Virus record (IMG/VR): IMGVR_UViG_3300028048_000079
Coordinates: 60,869 to 124,868 of that record
DNA: 64,000 bases
From: a virus
Taxonomy: Duplodnaviria > Caudoviricetes
Strand: one strand, 5' to 3'
A program made the translations under genes and the position numbers. The notes under the pieces were generated by a model. That model searched no databases. It was not told the DNA's origin and saw only the letters and a list, made by a program, of their open reading frames with translations. Positions 30,776 through 42,831 of the stretch are shown here, one piece after another. Each line of letters starts with the position of its first letter. Positions within the stretch are counted from its first letter, which is position 1.

Positions 30776-32440
30776 ATGAGCATTATTACACATAAATTAG
30801 AAGAATACAACACAATAGAAAGTATTAACGATTTGGTTGGTAAAATTAACGAAAAACTTCCTAACAGAAGTGACTGTAAAATTTATCCAAACCAGATGAA
30901 GTGCGCAATTAAAGGTATTAAAATGTTTGATAGTAATTTACCTCGTCCAAATCATTTAGTGGTACAAGGTAAAACACAAGCAGGAAAAACTGGTGTTCTT
31001 ACTTCTATGATTATGCTTATTGATGAGTTAAAAATAGAAGGGGCAATGTCAGTTAATACCATATATTATATTACTGGTGACAATGGGTGTAAATTAATTA
31101 AACAAACACAAGAAAGAATTAGTCATTGTTTTACTGCTGACGGAATCGAATGTGAATTCAAATGCCTCAAAAATTCAGACCTAAAAAATGACATTAGTAA
31201 TGAACAAGTTCTAACCAATACAATTATCTTCATTGATGAAAGTCATTATGGTGTATCAAGTGAAAAAAATATTTTAATAAAATGGTTAGAAAGTAAGGCT
31301 ATTAATATGCACAATGATAAGGAACTTGTTGAGAAAAGTGTTTATATTGTATCTAATAGCGCAACCCCATATGGCGAAATAAATTCTGATTGTGGTAAAT
31401 ACAAAAGTTATGTTGCACTTGAAACAGATGATTGGAATGGTGAATATGGTTATGTCGGATTTAAAGAATATAACAAAAAAAACTGTTTCCGTACAATTAC
31501 TTCCCAAATTAATAAGGGTAATGTGGTCGAAATGTGTGAACAACTGTCAACTCGCTTAAATGAAATACACACAAATACTGGTAAAATGAAATGTGGTATA
31601 ATCAGAATGCGTAAAGAAACATTTAAAAAGTGCCAAGATGTTTTGGAAGAATATTTTCACGTAGAAACATATTTTTCAACAAATGAAAATATTAATTACA
31701 GTGATATACAATGGAAAATGGAACACGAATGTGAAGATTGGGGTAAACCATTAATTTTCGTGGTGGCCGGTGCTTATAGAATGGGCGTTAGTATTCCGTC
31801 TACTTGTAAGAAGAATATTGGATTTATCTTTGATTATGCAACTGGCAATGCCAAAAATAGTGTTATAACAACAGAGCAAGGATTGCTTGGTCGTGTTACT
31901 GGATATTGGAAAACAGATGATTGGTGTGATATAACTATATACATAAACGAAAAACATTATAATGGTCTTAAAGCGTGTTATGTAGAACAAGCAATTTCAA
32001 CACCAATGGCTGATGTTAAACAAAAATTTGTACCAAAAGAAGAAGGCACAAAGGTCGGTATTATAAGTGATGATGATTTTATTGAAATTTTTTGTGATGA
32101 AAAGTTTGGCGATAAGGAATACAACCATAAGGTAAAAGAGTTTGTGGAAACAAGTCTTAGAGAAATGGGAAAACCTTTACCAGAAGATATTGTTTGGTTA
32201 CCTGGTCGAAGAAATGATAAAAGGAACAAGGTTAGGTTTAGTCAACCAACATTTAGTTTAAAAGAAGATGGTGCTAGGTCGATTTTATCTAAAAAAGAGA
32301 ACATCAATAAACAATGTTATACAACTTTGTATGATATTGATGAAAATACCATTAAGGTTAGATATGGAAAAATCGTAAAAGGTGATTATGTTGAAACCTA
32401 TGATGAAAATAAGAAAATAATACATACTTTAACAACATGA
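30776..32440 (+). CDS. SF2 helicase-like / DExH ATPase
   Basis: Walker A GKTQAGKT, Walker B IFIDESH, motif III SATP, motif VI EQGLLGRVTGY. Confidence 0.8.
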   Translation: MSIITHKLEEYNTIESINDLVGKINEKLPNRSDCKIYPNQMKCAIKGIKMFDSNLPRPNHLVVQGKTQAGKTGVLTSMIMLIDELKIEGAMSVNTIYYITGDNGCKLIKQTQERISHCFTADGIECEFKCLKNSDLKNDISNEQVLTNTIIFIDESHYGVSSEKNILIKWLESKAINMHNDKELVEKSVYIVSNSATPYGEINSDCGKYKSYVALETDDWNGEYGYVGFKEYNKKNCFRTITSQINKGNVVEMCEQLSTRLNEIHTNTGKMKCGIIRMRKETFKKCQDVLEEYFHVETYFSTNENINYSDIQWKMEHECEDWGKPLIFVVAGAYRMGVSIPSTCKKNIGFIFDYATGNAKNSVITTEQGLLGRVTGYWKTDDWCDITIYINEKHYNGLKACYVEQAISTPMADVKQKFVPKEEGTKVGIISDDDFIEIFCDEKFGDKEYNHKVKEFVETSLREMGKPLPEDIVWLPGRRNDKRNKVRFSQPTFSLKEDGARSILSKKENINKQCYTTLYDIDENTIKVRYGKIVKGDYVETYDENKKIIHTLTT

Positions 32441-32563
32441 TGTGAAGAGCAATAAAAATAAGGCTATATCCAAACAAGGAACAAGAACTGAAACTAAACA
32501 AGGTTTTGGGTTGCTATTGATAGCGTAGTAGTATTTAAAGGCGCAAACAAATAATAATATTAT

Positions 32564-33980
32564 ATGAAGATTTCAAAATTACATTCATTTAGTTTTCCTT
32601 TGGGAATTAGTGAGGGTGGTGTATTTGTTTATGCAACGAATAAGGGTATAACCATTGATGGCGAGGTTGATGGTATATATGATGATGTTGATATTCTGGA
32701 TGCTCATGATTTGAAAAATGCCATTGATGATGCAATTCAGAATTGTCCTTCATTGACAGATATTGATAAGGATATGTTTGGAACACATATTGAAGATGTT
32801 AATTCGCATATTAGTTATTGGTGGGAGGTGAATTATGAATAAGAATAACATTATTTATTATTTATTGATTTTTATGATAATTGGTATAGTCTTTTCTCTT
32901 ATTGAGGGTGCAATTATCATGTGCGGAACATTATCAACCATTTCTGACAAATTATTTTGGTCTGCAATGAATGTGATGTTATTCATTGGTTGTCCGGTTG
33001 GTGTACTATGTATTAACAAGTTATCTGAAACTGGCGATAAAAGATTACGTGCAAAAGGCTTGATATAAAAAATTAATTAATATGAAAAGAGGACAACATG
33101 AAGCTTTAAAATTATCTAATAAAAAATATGAAGAATTTTATTTTGTTTTTGTTTATTGGCAGTTTGTTGTTTTTATTCACCGGCTGTTATAAAGATGGCA
33201 CTAAGCATATTGGTGTTGAGGGCATTCGTTCAGAAGTATTAGTAAAGGAGATTAACTACAAAGGTCATTCTTACATTGAGTTCAAAGAAGAAGGTACGTA
33301 TGGCCATGGATGGGTACATAATCCAGAGTGTTTAACGAATGATATTGGGGAATTATTGAGTAATCAGTATGAGTAGGATTTATAAATATTTTTACAATAG
33401 GTCTTTAAGGAAGTTTTCTGAAAAGATTAAGGTTTGGTTGGAGGATAAATCCGGTGATGATTTAATTGAATTGGTTTTAAACTATTATTTCCATAATTTT
33501 TCTTCACATGTAAATGATTTAAAGAATATATTGTATGACATTGAGGAAAGATATCATATAATGTCAAATTATTTTTCAAGGAATGTTTGTCTTTATTCGC
33601 CGGAGATTAAAAAATTCTCATTTGACAAGACAATAAATGATGGTGAATGGTTAAGTGTAAATAAGGTTTTGCAGAATGGTTTTTGGGAAATGTATAATGT
33701 TCCTCACCTTTACAATAAGTTTGGCTTGGTAAGTTTATATTATGATATATCCTCTGTTACCGGTTATTCCAAGCGTGGTTTTCTGGAATTTATAAGGGAG
33801 TGTTATTGTCATTCTTTTAATATCGAGTTTGAACCGGTAGTATATCTTTCTGTTAAGGATAAGAATGGCAATGAGTATAAGTTGGATAATACTTTGGCAG
33901 TATTTGAATTAGATTTGCTTAGGAATGGGTATAGTTTATTGCGTGAAGATGGTTCTAATCTCATATATATCTATGGATAA
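32564..33980 (+). CDS. Hypothetical genes 32564-32842, 32835-33068 (2 TM), 33128-33376 (lipoprotein), 33369-33980
   Basis: Coupled ORFs; lipobox LFTGC in 33128. Confidence 0.7.
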
Positions 33981-34188
33981 ATTATATCATTTCCTTTGTG
34001 GTGTGTTATTTTTTCCGTTTGTGTATATTCAATTGCTTTGTTACGAGTTATGGTATAAATTGCAGTTTAAGTTTTTTTCACTTTTAATTAAGTTATATTA
34101 ACGAGAAATATTTTGATTTCTCGTTTTTTTGCTGTACCTTTGCATTATCAAAACAAAGCAAATATACTTATTTAAAGAAACTTTGAAT

Positions 34189-34551
34189 ATGAAACAGAAA
34201 GAAAAAGAACTTCTTTTAAAGGAGTTGAGTGCAAGATTGCCTTATCATGTAAGGTGTAAGATATGGCTTAAAGATGGAACAACCGAAGAAGGTTTGTTAG
34301 ACTTAGAGCATAATTATGGTAATGTATTGCAAGATGCTTTTTATTATAATAAAATAAAAGACATCAAGCCTTATCTTCGCCCAATGTCAAGTATGACTAA
34401 TGAGGAAAGAAAAGAATATGAAGCCACATGTAGTGATTGCTATGAAACATTGGAAACATACGATTGGTTCAATGCACACCATTTTGACTATCGTGGCTTG
34501 ATACGGATGGGTCTTGCTCTTGAAGCACCAGAGGGAATGTATAAAAATTGA
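34189..34551 (+). CDS. Conserved phage hypothetical (KELLLK...IKPYLRPMSSMT...FDYRGLI family), copy 1
   Basis: Clear paralog of 35315-35698. Confidence 0.8.
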   Translation: MKQKEKELLLKELSARLPYHVRCKIWLKDGTTEEGLLDLEHNYGNVLQDAFYYNKIKDIKPYLRPMSSMTNEERKEYEATCSDCYETLETYDWFNAHHFDYRGLIRMGLALEAPEGMYKN

Positions 34552-34962
34552 TTGATTATAACAAGTGAAGAAATAAAAAAATAGAGAAATAACTATGGGA
34601 AAGATTAAGAAAGAAGAATATCCAATAAAGGATAATGGATTTGAATATGACGGCAAAACGTATGATTGTCAATTTGCAATTAAGCGTGATGTCAAAATGA
34701 TTCTGCAAGAAGCCGAAACGTCTCATAAAGATACTTTTGACGAACTTTATGATAGGAATACATTAAGACCGGATAAAATTCGTATATATGTGGATGAAGA
34801 TAATATTCCTATTTATGGAATGATTATATATCTTATAGACTATAAAGAAGAAAACAATAGTAGGTATGCTTGTGGTGGATACTATAGATTTGAATTTGAT
34901 AATTCAGTGCTTTTACCACATCCATATCAAGAAAGCATTTGTTGGTAATAAATGGAATAATT

Positions 34963-35850
34963 ATGGCAACAATTACAGAAGATTACGCTTCGCTTGAGAC
35001 TGCTAAATTCTTAAAAGAGAAAGGGTTTGAGTGTAATTATACTATGTTTGCAAAACTCACAAAAGATTTTCTTCTGGTAGATTCTATTCAAGAAATGGAT
35101 AGAATCATAAACAATACTAGATTAATATTAAATATAAAAAATTTAATTTAACTATGGCAACGATTAAAACAACATCTGTATCTGCGCATGATACATATTC
35201 TTGCGCAAGACCTAAAAATATAGAGACGATGGATTGTTGTAATACATGTACTTCAAGACAGCCAAATCTTAGTTGTAAGTTTTTAACAAAGGAAACAATA
35301 CAAATTATAGAGTCATGACACAAGAAGATAAAGAACTCCTTTTAAAGGATTTATGTGAAAAGTTACCATATAAAACTTACGTAAAAACAGAAAAGGGCAT
35401 AGGTTATGTATATGCTATAAATACTTCTCAATTAATCGAAATAAGCGTTGCTAACGAATCCGAATACTGGTCAGAGGTGTTTAATATTGATAAAATAAAG
35501 CCTTATCTTCGTCCGATGTCAAGTATGACTGAGGAGGAGAAAATTGATTATCGAGCATTCTTCAACTATGATGGTGTTGAATATCCAGAAGAATATATTG
35601 ATTGGCTCAATAAGCATTACTTCGACTATCGTGGATTAATAGAAAAGGGTCTTGCTATCGAAGCGCCTGATGATATGTATAAAATAAAGGATAAATAACT
35701 ATGGCAACAATTACTGAAGATTATGTTACACTTGAGACAGCTAAACTCTTAAAAGAGAAAGGGTTTGAGTGCAATTATAAAGAGGTGCTAAACTTGCTAA
35801 AATATCTGAAGATTGTTACGAAACCATCATGTGGAATTATAGTGAATTAA
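34963..35850 (+). pseudogene. Two short MATITEDY...KEKGFECNY ORFs (34963-35151, 35701-35850), possibly truncated remnants
   Basis: Near-identical first 26 aa, then unrelated short tails. Confidence 0.45.
35315..35698 (+). CDS. Same family, copy 2
   Basis: IKPYLRPMSSMTEEE, YFDYRGLIEKGLAIEAP. Confidence 0.8.
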   Translation: MTQEDKELLLKDLCEKLPYKTYVKTEKGIGYVYAINTSQLIEISVANESEYWSEVFNIDKIKPYLRPMSSMTEEEKIDYRAFFNYDGVEYPEEYIDWLNKHYFDYRGLIEKGLAIEAPDDMYKIKDK

Positions 35851-35892
35851 AGGACAAGTTTAAGTAAACTATAAACTTAGAAATTAATTAAT

Positions 35893-38800
35893 ATGACTGC
35901 AACAGAGCAATATCTTAACAAAATCGGTTTTACCGGAAATGTTGACAATCTTGAAGAAGTCCTTGATTTCATGGACGAGAAAAAGAAAATCTATATTGAG
36001 ACGAAAGTAGAATCAGCAGAAACGGTGCTTGGTCCTTTACATGAATATTCGGCAAAGGTATATCATATTCCTTCCGGAATGAATAAGGTTCTTATTACAG
36101 AGACACCAAGTTGTTCAACACTGACCGGTGTTCTTCGTTTATCTGTTCTTTATGCCGCAAGGTATTTGTCAGAAAGTGGGCATGAACTTAAATTGTTATA
36201 ATTATGAAAATATTAGAAAGAAAAGAATTATCACCAGTTATTGGCCGTTGTCCTCATTGTGGTAGTAAATTGGAACTTGAAAAAGGCGATGTATGGTGGC
36301 ATAAAGATATAGATGGTGACAAATCACCTTGTGTTACGTGTGCTGCTTGCGGTAAAGGTTTTGATGTTGAAGGTTGGGACAATATAAATAAAATATTGTG
36401 ATTATGACTATGTTAAAATAGTGTTAAAGTCCGCGAATTATTTGGTAGTTTGCGGATTTTTTTGTACCTTTGTACCATCAAACAAATAAGAAGATTAGAA
36501 TATGGATAAAGAGAGAGCAAAAGAATTTCTTCTGGACGATGATGATAACGGAAAAATCTTCATATCCAAAGATTTACAAAAATTATTGGATATGAACGGA
36601 AATCGTCTGATTGGTATTTTTGCAGTCCTTGAAACTGAAAGTGGTGACACACTTATGCACATGGACTGGGCTTATAGTGGAGAGCCTATTATTATGGGCA
36701 GATTTTTACATAAAGAGTTTTTCTTGGACGCAAATAGCCATCAAGAAGTTGTGTATATATAAAAATAGAATAACATGGTTAAGATTTACAATAGTGAGTT
36801 ATTGGAGAATGCCGGTTTGGTTGCCATCTGTGATGAAGATAGTGTTACTATTTACACCCTTGCTGAATTGGCCAATGGTTTTAAAAAAGGTGATATTATT
36901 GTCAAGAAAGACGAACATCTTAAGGTTTTTGGCAATGAGTGTTGTATGTGCCGATATTGTGGCTTCAATGGCGAAGTGTTGGAGACTGATGCGTTTTATA
37001 TCAGACGTAAAAATGGAGAAGTTGAAAAATATAAACGTCCTTATCCTATGACCGGTTTGGGTTATACCAAAGAGTATCGTTTGGCAACAGAAGAAGAAAA
37101 AGAGTTTTTCAATAAAGAAATTGAAAACGCCAGCTATGTTGAATGGTAAAAATTAATTAATATTATGTATAGATTGTTTAGGTTTATATTTCTACTTAGT
37201 GTAGTTTTATTTGTGTCTTGTGGCAGGTCTGACCGGATTGACCATGAGGATAACCGCTACATTTATGTCTGGCAATATAATGGTGAGGATTCGACATTAG
37301 TCAAGTTCAGTCAGCCGGTTTTTAGAGAGTTTAAGGTAAAGGGTGGACATCATACAAAAAATCATCATATCAAAGTTGATTGGAATAATAATGGCTATTA
37401 TGAATGCTATTCCATTTCATCTGATTCCTATGTAAGTTATGGTGATATGTGTTGGATTGTGGATAAAGCACAAAAAGTCCGTTACAATAAAAATCCGTTA
37501 ATCGGAATATTCAAGGAAGAGTTTTATCCTTATCACCGGTTTCATTTTGTAAGATACAAATAATATATATGTTAAAATAGTGTTAAAATCCACAAATTGT
37601 TTGGTAGTTTCAGATTTTTTTTGTACCTTTGCAGTAACAAAATAAGAGTTAATAACTATGGTAACAATAGATTATATACGTGAATTATTAGAACGTGGGT
37701 GTATTATCAGCGATTACAGATATTACAGGGTGTTGAAAGGTAAAACAAAATATAAAGTGAAAGGGAAATAACTATGGCAACAATTAAAGAAGAATTGGAG
37801 AGCATTGCTAAGGTGTGTAACACATCTGATGAATTTACTATCCGTGCCAAGAATTATCTTCGTGATGAAAAGGGTATCAATCAGTCTTTGATGTCTGATG
37901 GTGAGTTGCGTGATATTTTCCGCAAGGTTGATTATGATAGGGAGAAGGAAAAGGCATGGAAGATATACGATGAAATTATCAAGCCATCTTTGTTGAAGCG
38001 TCCGGAGTGTAAGGGTCTGTGGTATGAAGTATGGATTGACTTGTCAGAGGATTGGATTGACAAGTGGTTCAGTTCTTTCCGGTACATGGAGAATAAGGAT
38101 ATTATTGAGGTCTGTGTGAAGTATCTGAATGATAGGGAACGTTTCTATGGTTCTTCTGACTACACCGATATGCTTAATGATATGATTAAGGATTGCAATT
38201 TTTCAGATTAATTTAAAAATAGATTAATATTATTATGGCATTACGTAGGGATATAGTTGGTTTCATGTTAGAGGAAACTCTTACTTTGGGGAATTTCAAG
38301 ATTGTTGAATATTTTCCATACACGTCCATTGTTACGTTACGTGTTGTGAATACCAATCCCAATTATGAGACACCATTTGACGAATGGTTAAATAGTCTAT
38401 GGAAAGAGATTGAGAAATGGCTTGAAAAGGAGAAAGGCATTATGCCGGACAATAAGGTTGCGGTCAAGTTGGTTGTTAAACCGGAAGTATATGCCAACAG
38501 AGAACAAAGTAATGATTTCCTTGATGGCTGTATCTACGTTGGCCGTAAGGATGGTGTTGTGTCTATTGGCTTCGGTGTATGGCAGCCGGATGATTGGACT
38601 AAGAAATACAATAAGGAATTCTAATTCATTTTTATAATTTAGTAAAATGTTCGAAAAACTAACTGATTTCGTTTTTACATTATGCTCCTTGGTTAAGCAG
38701 GAACAAGTCCGGCGTAAGAGTTTTAGGTTATATTCAAGGGATGGCCTTAATGGTAAGAAGTTAGATGCAAAGAAACATTATTTCAGCGTTGTAGGGATTA

Positions 38801-39042
38801 CTGGAGATAGTATAGATTGCCCATTGATAACATTCTATGATTTGGCAAGTTGCTATGAGTATATACGTTGTAAGCCAAATCAAAGTTTAGACGTTGGCAG
38901 AACATTTGGAATTGTTTATCATTTAGGAAATGAGAGATTAACCAATAAAAAGATTGCATCTTGCAAACTGGTATGTTTATTTGGGTTTATCTCTGTTGAT
39001 ACTTTGAAAGCAATTCAGAATAAGGAAAAAAATCTCTATTAA
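35893..39042 (+). CDS. Hypothetical genes 35893-36201, 36204-36401 (Zn ribbon), 36502-36762, 36775-37149, 37165-37563 (lipoprotein), 37774-38211, 38235-38624, 38647-39042
   Basis: Contiguous ORFs; CPHCG/CAACG in 36204; lipobox LFVSC in 37165. Confidence 0.7.
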
Positions 39043-39146
39043 TTTAACTTGTTTTAACGAATTATTCACAATTATTAATTAAAATAGTTTGGATAATTCG
39101 TTTTTTCTTTGTACCTTTGCAGTGTCAAATTAAAAAAACGATTTTT

Positions 39147-39536
39147 ATGAAAAAATTAATTAAGAATTATTTGAAAAAGCATTTAAATTGCTCGCATCCA
39201 AAGCATTATTACTTTTTGCGTTTTTTGTCTGAAATGGTCAAAGATGATAATAGTAATAATCGTGTATTTGCCGGTATTGCACGTTTTATGTCCAATAATA
39301 GAATAAACCTACCTTTTAGTGACATATTTGTTATTGATAATATCATTTATGTATACACATTAAGACCCGGTCTTTGGATTGGACGTGGTGGAGAAACAAT
39401 TAAAAAAATCGAAAACGAGATAAATTATAATATCGAAGGACAGAGATTAGATGATTATTCTATCCAGTTATTAGAAGAATATAAAAATGCAAACTACCAT
39501 ATACATCATTGCATTTGCGTGTATAACGATTTTTGA
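39147..39536 (+). CDS. KH-domain protein resembling the ribosomal protein S3 type-II KH
   Basis: IYVYTLRPGLWIGRGGETIKKIE (RPGxxIGxxG with GxxG loop). Confidence 0.65.
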   Translation: MKKLIKNYLKKHLNCSHPKHYYFLRFLSEMVKDDNSNNRVFAGIARFMSNNRINLPFSDIFVIDNIIYVYTLRPGLWIGRGGETIKKIENEINYNIEGQRLDDYSIQLLEEYKNANYHIHHCICVYNDF

Positions 39537-39674
39537 TTTGTTAATATCTTTATCGTTGAATTTTTTTAACGATTCATTAACTAAGTTTTAACACTTTTTC
39601 TTTGGGTATTTAAAAATTTCTTTGTACCTTTGCATCAGATTTAGAAAGAAATACTTTTAAAAACAGATTAGGTT

Positions 39675-41211
39675 ATGATTACAGCAGAAGAAGCAAAGAA
39701 GTACACTAAGGAATTTGTTCCGAGTGAGACTGCGCAGCGTGAGGTTCTTGATGTGATTGAGCGTCAGATTAAGAATGGTGAAAAGCATCCAACGGCTTAC
39801 ACTACACGTTTTGTAAGGAGTTATGCAGAGGATTTGGCAAAGTATTGCCGTAGTCTTGGTTATACGAATGCACGTATTGTTGATATATACAACAGACGTA
39901 CCGGTCAGCGTGGTGGAAATTATTTACAGATTGATTTATAATTTTAAATGCCACAATACAGAATAAAACTAAAATAAGATAGATTATGGCAAAGGAATAT
40001 GCAGTTTCAATGGACATTACAATGTCTTGTATCATTTACGTAAATGCGGAGAATGAGGATGATGCGAAGGCAATGGCAAAGAATTACGTTGAAGATTCAC
40101 CTTATCACTATGCACGTAATGGTGCTTATGTGAATTGTGAAGTTACCGATGTAGAAGAAAGTTTTTAAAATCAATCAATATGAAGTTCATTAATAAGATA
40201 AGGGAGTTCTTTTCTGCTATTCGTTGGTACATGGCAGGTAATAGGATTGAGAAATGTTCTTCCAATCCGGATTACTATAAGTCATTTTCCAAAGAACATG
40301 AAAGTGAGTTTAAGGAATTTAAGGATAGAAATATATTAAATGAGATTAAGGAGAGTTTTGGTTTCTTCAACGGATATTTCCGGAACAATGAGGCCTCCAC
40401 TATTATAAGGTCTATGAATGAGCATGAGAGATTATATCGTAACCGATATAGTAATGGTTGGTATAGTCATGGAGAATTGTCATACAAGCCTTATTTCCGT
40501 CGTGAGCAAAGTCCTAAATACCTTGCTTTGTATTTTTATCTTATTGCCCTTAATATGGACGATGTTGATTTCTATCCGTCTAATCTTGGTTATGATGATA
40601 TGAGCAGACCATTTAATGCTTCAAGTATGAGGAATGAGCCTTGTAATCTGGATTTGGTTATCGGTAAGTATTCTGTGACAAGTGATTGCAAAGTAAATAT
40701 TAAATAATATAGAGTTATGATAGAGATTAGCCGTTACATGGATGATGGTGCTGGATGGCAAGAGCAAGCAGTATTGGCTTATGTCCGTAAATTTGCCGAT
40801 TCTGTTAAGGATATAGAGAAGCCTTATCGTGCAAGTGACGAAGAAAAGGCTGAAATAGAACGTTTGCTTTCTTTTATTCATGTTGAGGTTGGCCGTTATG
40901 AGAATGGCCGTGAGCAGGGATATATCTTTTCTGTATGGTGTTTCAGCAAGAGACTTAATATTGCAGTGTTTGAACACCGGAATAGTGATACCTTGTGTCT
41001 GAATGTGTTTGATGGTGTTTTTATCAATACACCGACATGGGAGGCAGTCTGGAAAGGCAAGGAAAGCAAATGGGATTACGACTATGGTTTTGAATATGGT
41101 CAGATTGTCGAATGTGGTGAGAAAATCCTTAGTCTGTTTAAGGAGTTTGTAGAGAAAGAAGTCCTTGAAACATTTACTAAGAAGATGGAAAAAATGAAGA
41201 AAGAAAAATAG
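39675..41211 (+). CDS. Hypothetical genes 39675-39941, 39986-40168, 40180-40707, 40717-41211
   Basis: ORFs behind promoter at 39626. Confidence 0.7.
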
Positions 41212-41502
41212 ATTAATATGAAAACAGAATATAAGACTTGTAAGATACCATTTTCAGATGGTAGTGAGAACTACAATGAGGGTGATAAGGTTTTGATATT
41301 ACCGGAATTGAACACTGAAAATGAATATTGTGTAGGAACTGATTTCTGTCGACCCGTAAAGATTGATAAGAAGTATTTCAAAGATTAAGTGTTAAAAAAG
41401 TGTTAAAGTTGGGAAAATGTTTGGTTTTCTCAACTTTTTTTTTGTAACTTTGCAGTACAATTAAAAAATAACATTATTAACAAATAAAATCAATTAAGAA
41501 TT

Positions 41503-42738
41503 ATGGAAAAAAAGTCATACGGATTTTGGAACATTAAAGAGAACGTGTTTGCCGAAGCAAAAAAATATCAGACAAGAAAAGAATTTAGCGATTGTTGTGG
41601 CAGTGCATACAAAGCCGCAAGGGTAAATGGTTGGCTTGACGAAATGGAGTGGTTTGTAAGACCAATTGTTTACAATAAAAAATGGACAAAGGAAAAAGTA
41701 TTTGAGGAAAGTAAAAAATATAGAGCAAAAGGCGAATTTGCAAAGAATTGTGGCAGTGCATACGGAGTTGCTTTGGAGAATGATTGGCTTGCGGAAATGA
41801 CTTGGTTTGAAGAAATACGTAAGTCAAATGGTTTCTGGACGAAGGAAAAAGTATTTTTGGAAGCAAAGAAGTATGCAACAAAAACACAATTTTCAAAAAG
41901 TTGTGGCAGTGCATACGAAGTTGCAAGAAAAAATGGTTGGTTGGATGAAATGGATTGGTTCACATCACCACAAAAGCCAAATGGTTTCTGGACAAAAGAA
42001 AACGTGTTTGCCGAAGCAAAAAAGTATAAGACAAGAACTGAATTTGAAAGAGGCCGTGGTAGAGCATACAATGTTGCTTGTAAAAATGGTTGGCTTGATG
42101 AAATGAATTGGTTTATATCGCCACAAAACCCAAATGGATTTTGGACAAAAGAGAATGTGTTTACAGAAGCAAAAAAGTATAAGACAAGAACTGAATTTCA
42201 AAAAGGTTGCAGTAGTGCATACGTAGTTGCAAGGGTAAATGGTTGGTTGGATGAAATGAATTGGTTTAAAGAAGTTAAAAAACCGGGGGGCTATTGGACA
42301 AAAGAGAATGTGTTTACAGAAGCAAAAAAGTATAAGACGAGAAATGAATTTCAAAAAGGTTGCAGTAGTGCATACGTAGTTGCAAGGGTAAATGGTTGGT
42401 TGGATGAAATGAATTGGTTTAAAGAAGTTAAAAAACCGGGGGGCTATTGGACAAAAGAGAATGTGTTTACAGAAGCAAAAAAGTATAAGACGAGAAATGA
42501 ATTTCAAAAAGCCTGTAGTAGAGCATACAATGTTGCTTGGAAAAATGGATGGCTTGAGGAAATGGATTGGTTCACATCACCACAAAAGCCAACCGGATAT
42601 TGGAACATTAAAGAAAACGTTTTTGCTGAATCAAAGAAATATGAAACAAGAACTGAATTTTCTGATGGTTGCAGTGGAGCATACGAAGTTGCAAGAAAAA
42701 ATGGTTGGTTGGATGAATTATTTCCAAAAGCGGCCTAA
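41503..42738 (+). CDS. Tandem-repeat protein, 8 x ~51 aa, no catalytic domain
   Basis: Unit WTKENVFxEAKKYKTRxEFxxxCxxAYxVAxxNGWLDEMxWF; 153-bp DNA period with near-identical units 5 and 6; own promoter at 41445. Confidence 0.85.
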   Translation: MEKKSYGFWNIKENVFAEAKKYQTRKEFSDCCGSAYKAARVNGWLDEMEWFVRPIVYNKKWTKEKVFEESKKYRAKGEFAKNCGSAYGVALENDWLAEMTWFEEIRKSNGFWTKEKVFLEAKKYATKTQFSKSCGSAYEVARKNGWLDEMDWFTSPQKPNGFWTKENVFAEAKKYKTRTEFERGRGRAYNVACKNGWLDEMNWFISPQNPNGFWTKENVFTEAKKYKTRTEFQKGCSSAYVVARVNGWLDEMNWFKEVKKPGGYWTKENVFTEAKKYKTRNEFQKGCSSAYVVARVNGWLDEMNWFKEVKKPGGYWTKENVFTEAKKYKTRNEFQKACSRAYNVAWKNGWLEEMDWFTSPQKPTGYWNIKENVFAESKKYETRTEFSDGCSGAYEVARKNGWLDELFPKAA

Positions 42739-42831
42739 ACAGAAGTTAAAGTTGTGTTAAAGAATGTAATTCCTTCGTTTTTCTCAAAAAAATGTTGTAA
42801 CTTTGCATCGTAATTAAAAAACAGATAGAAT

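Noticed and set aside
41503-42738. CRISPR array or DGR-like repeats
   Set aside because: The 153-bp period is in frame and coding, with no unique spacers; no reverse transcriptase or cas gene in the window.
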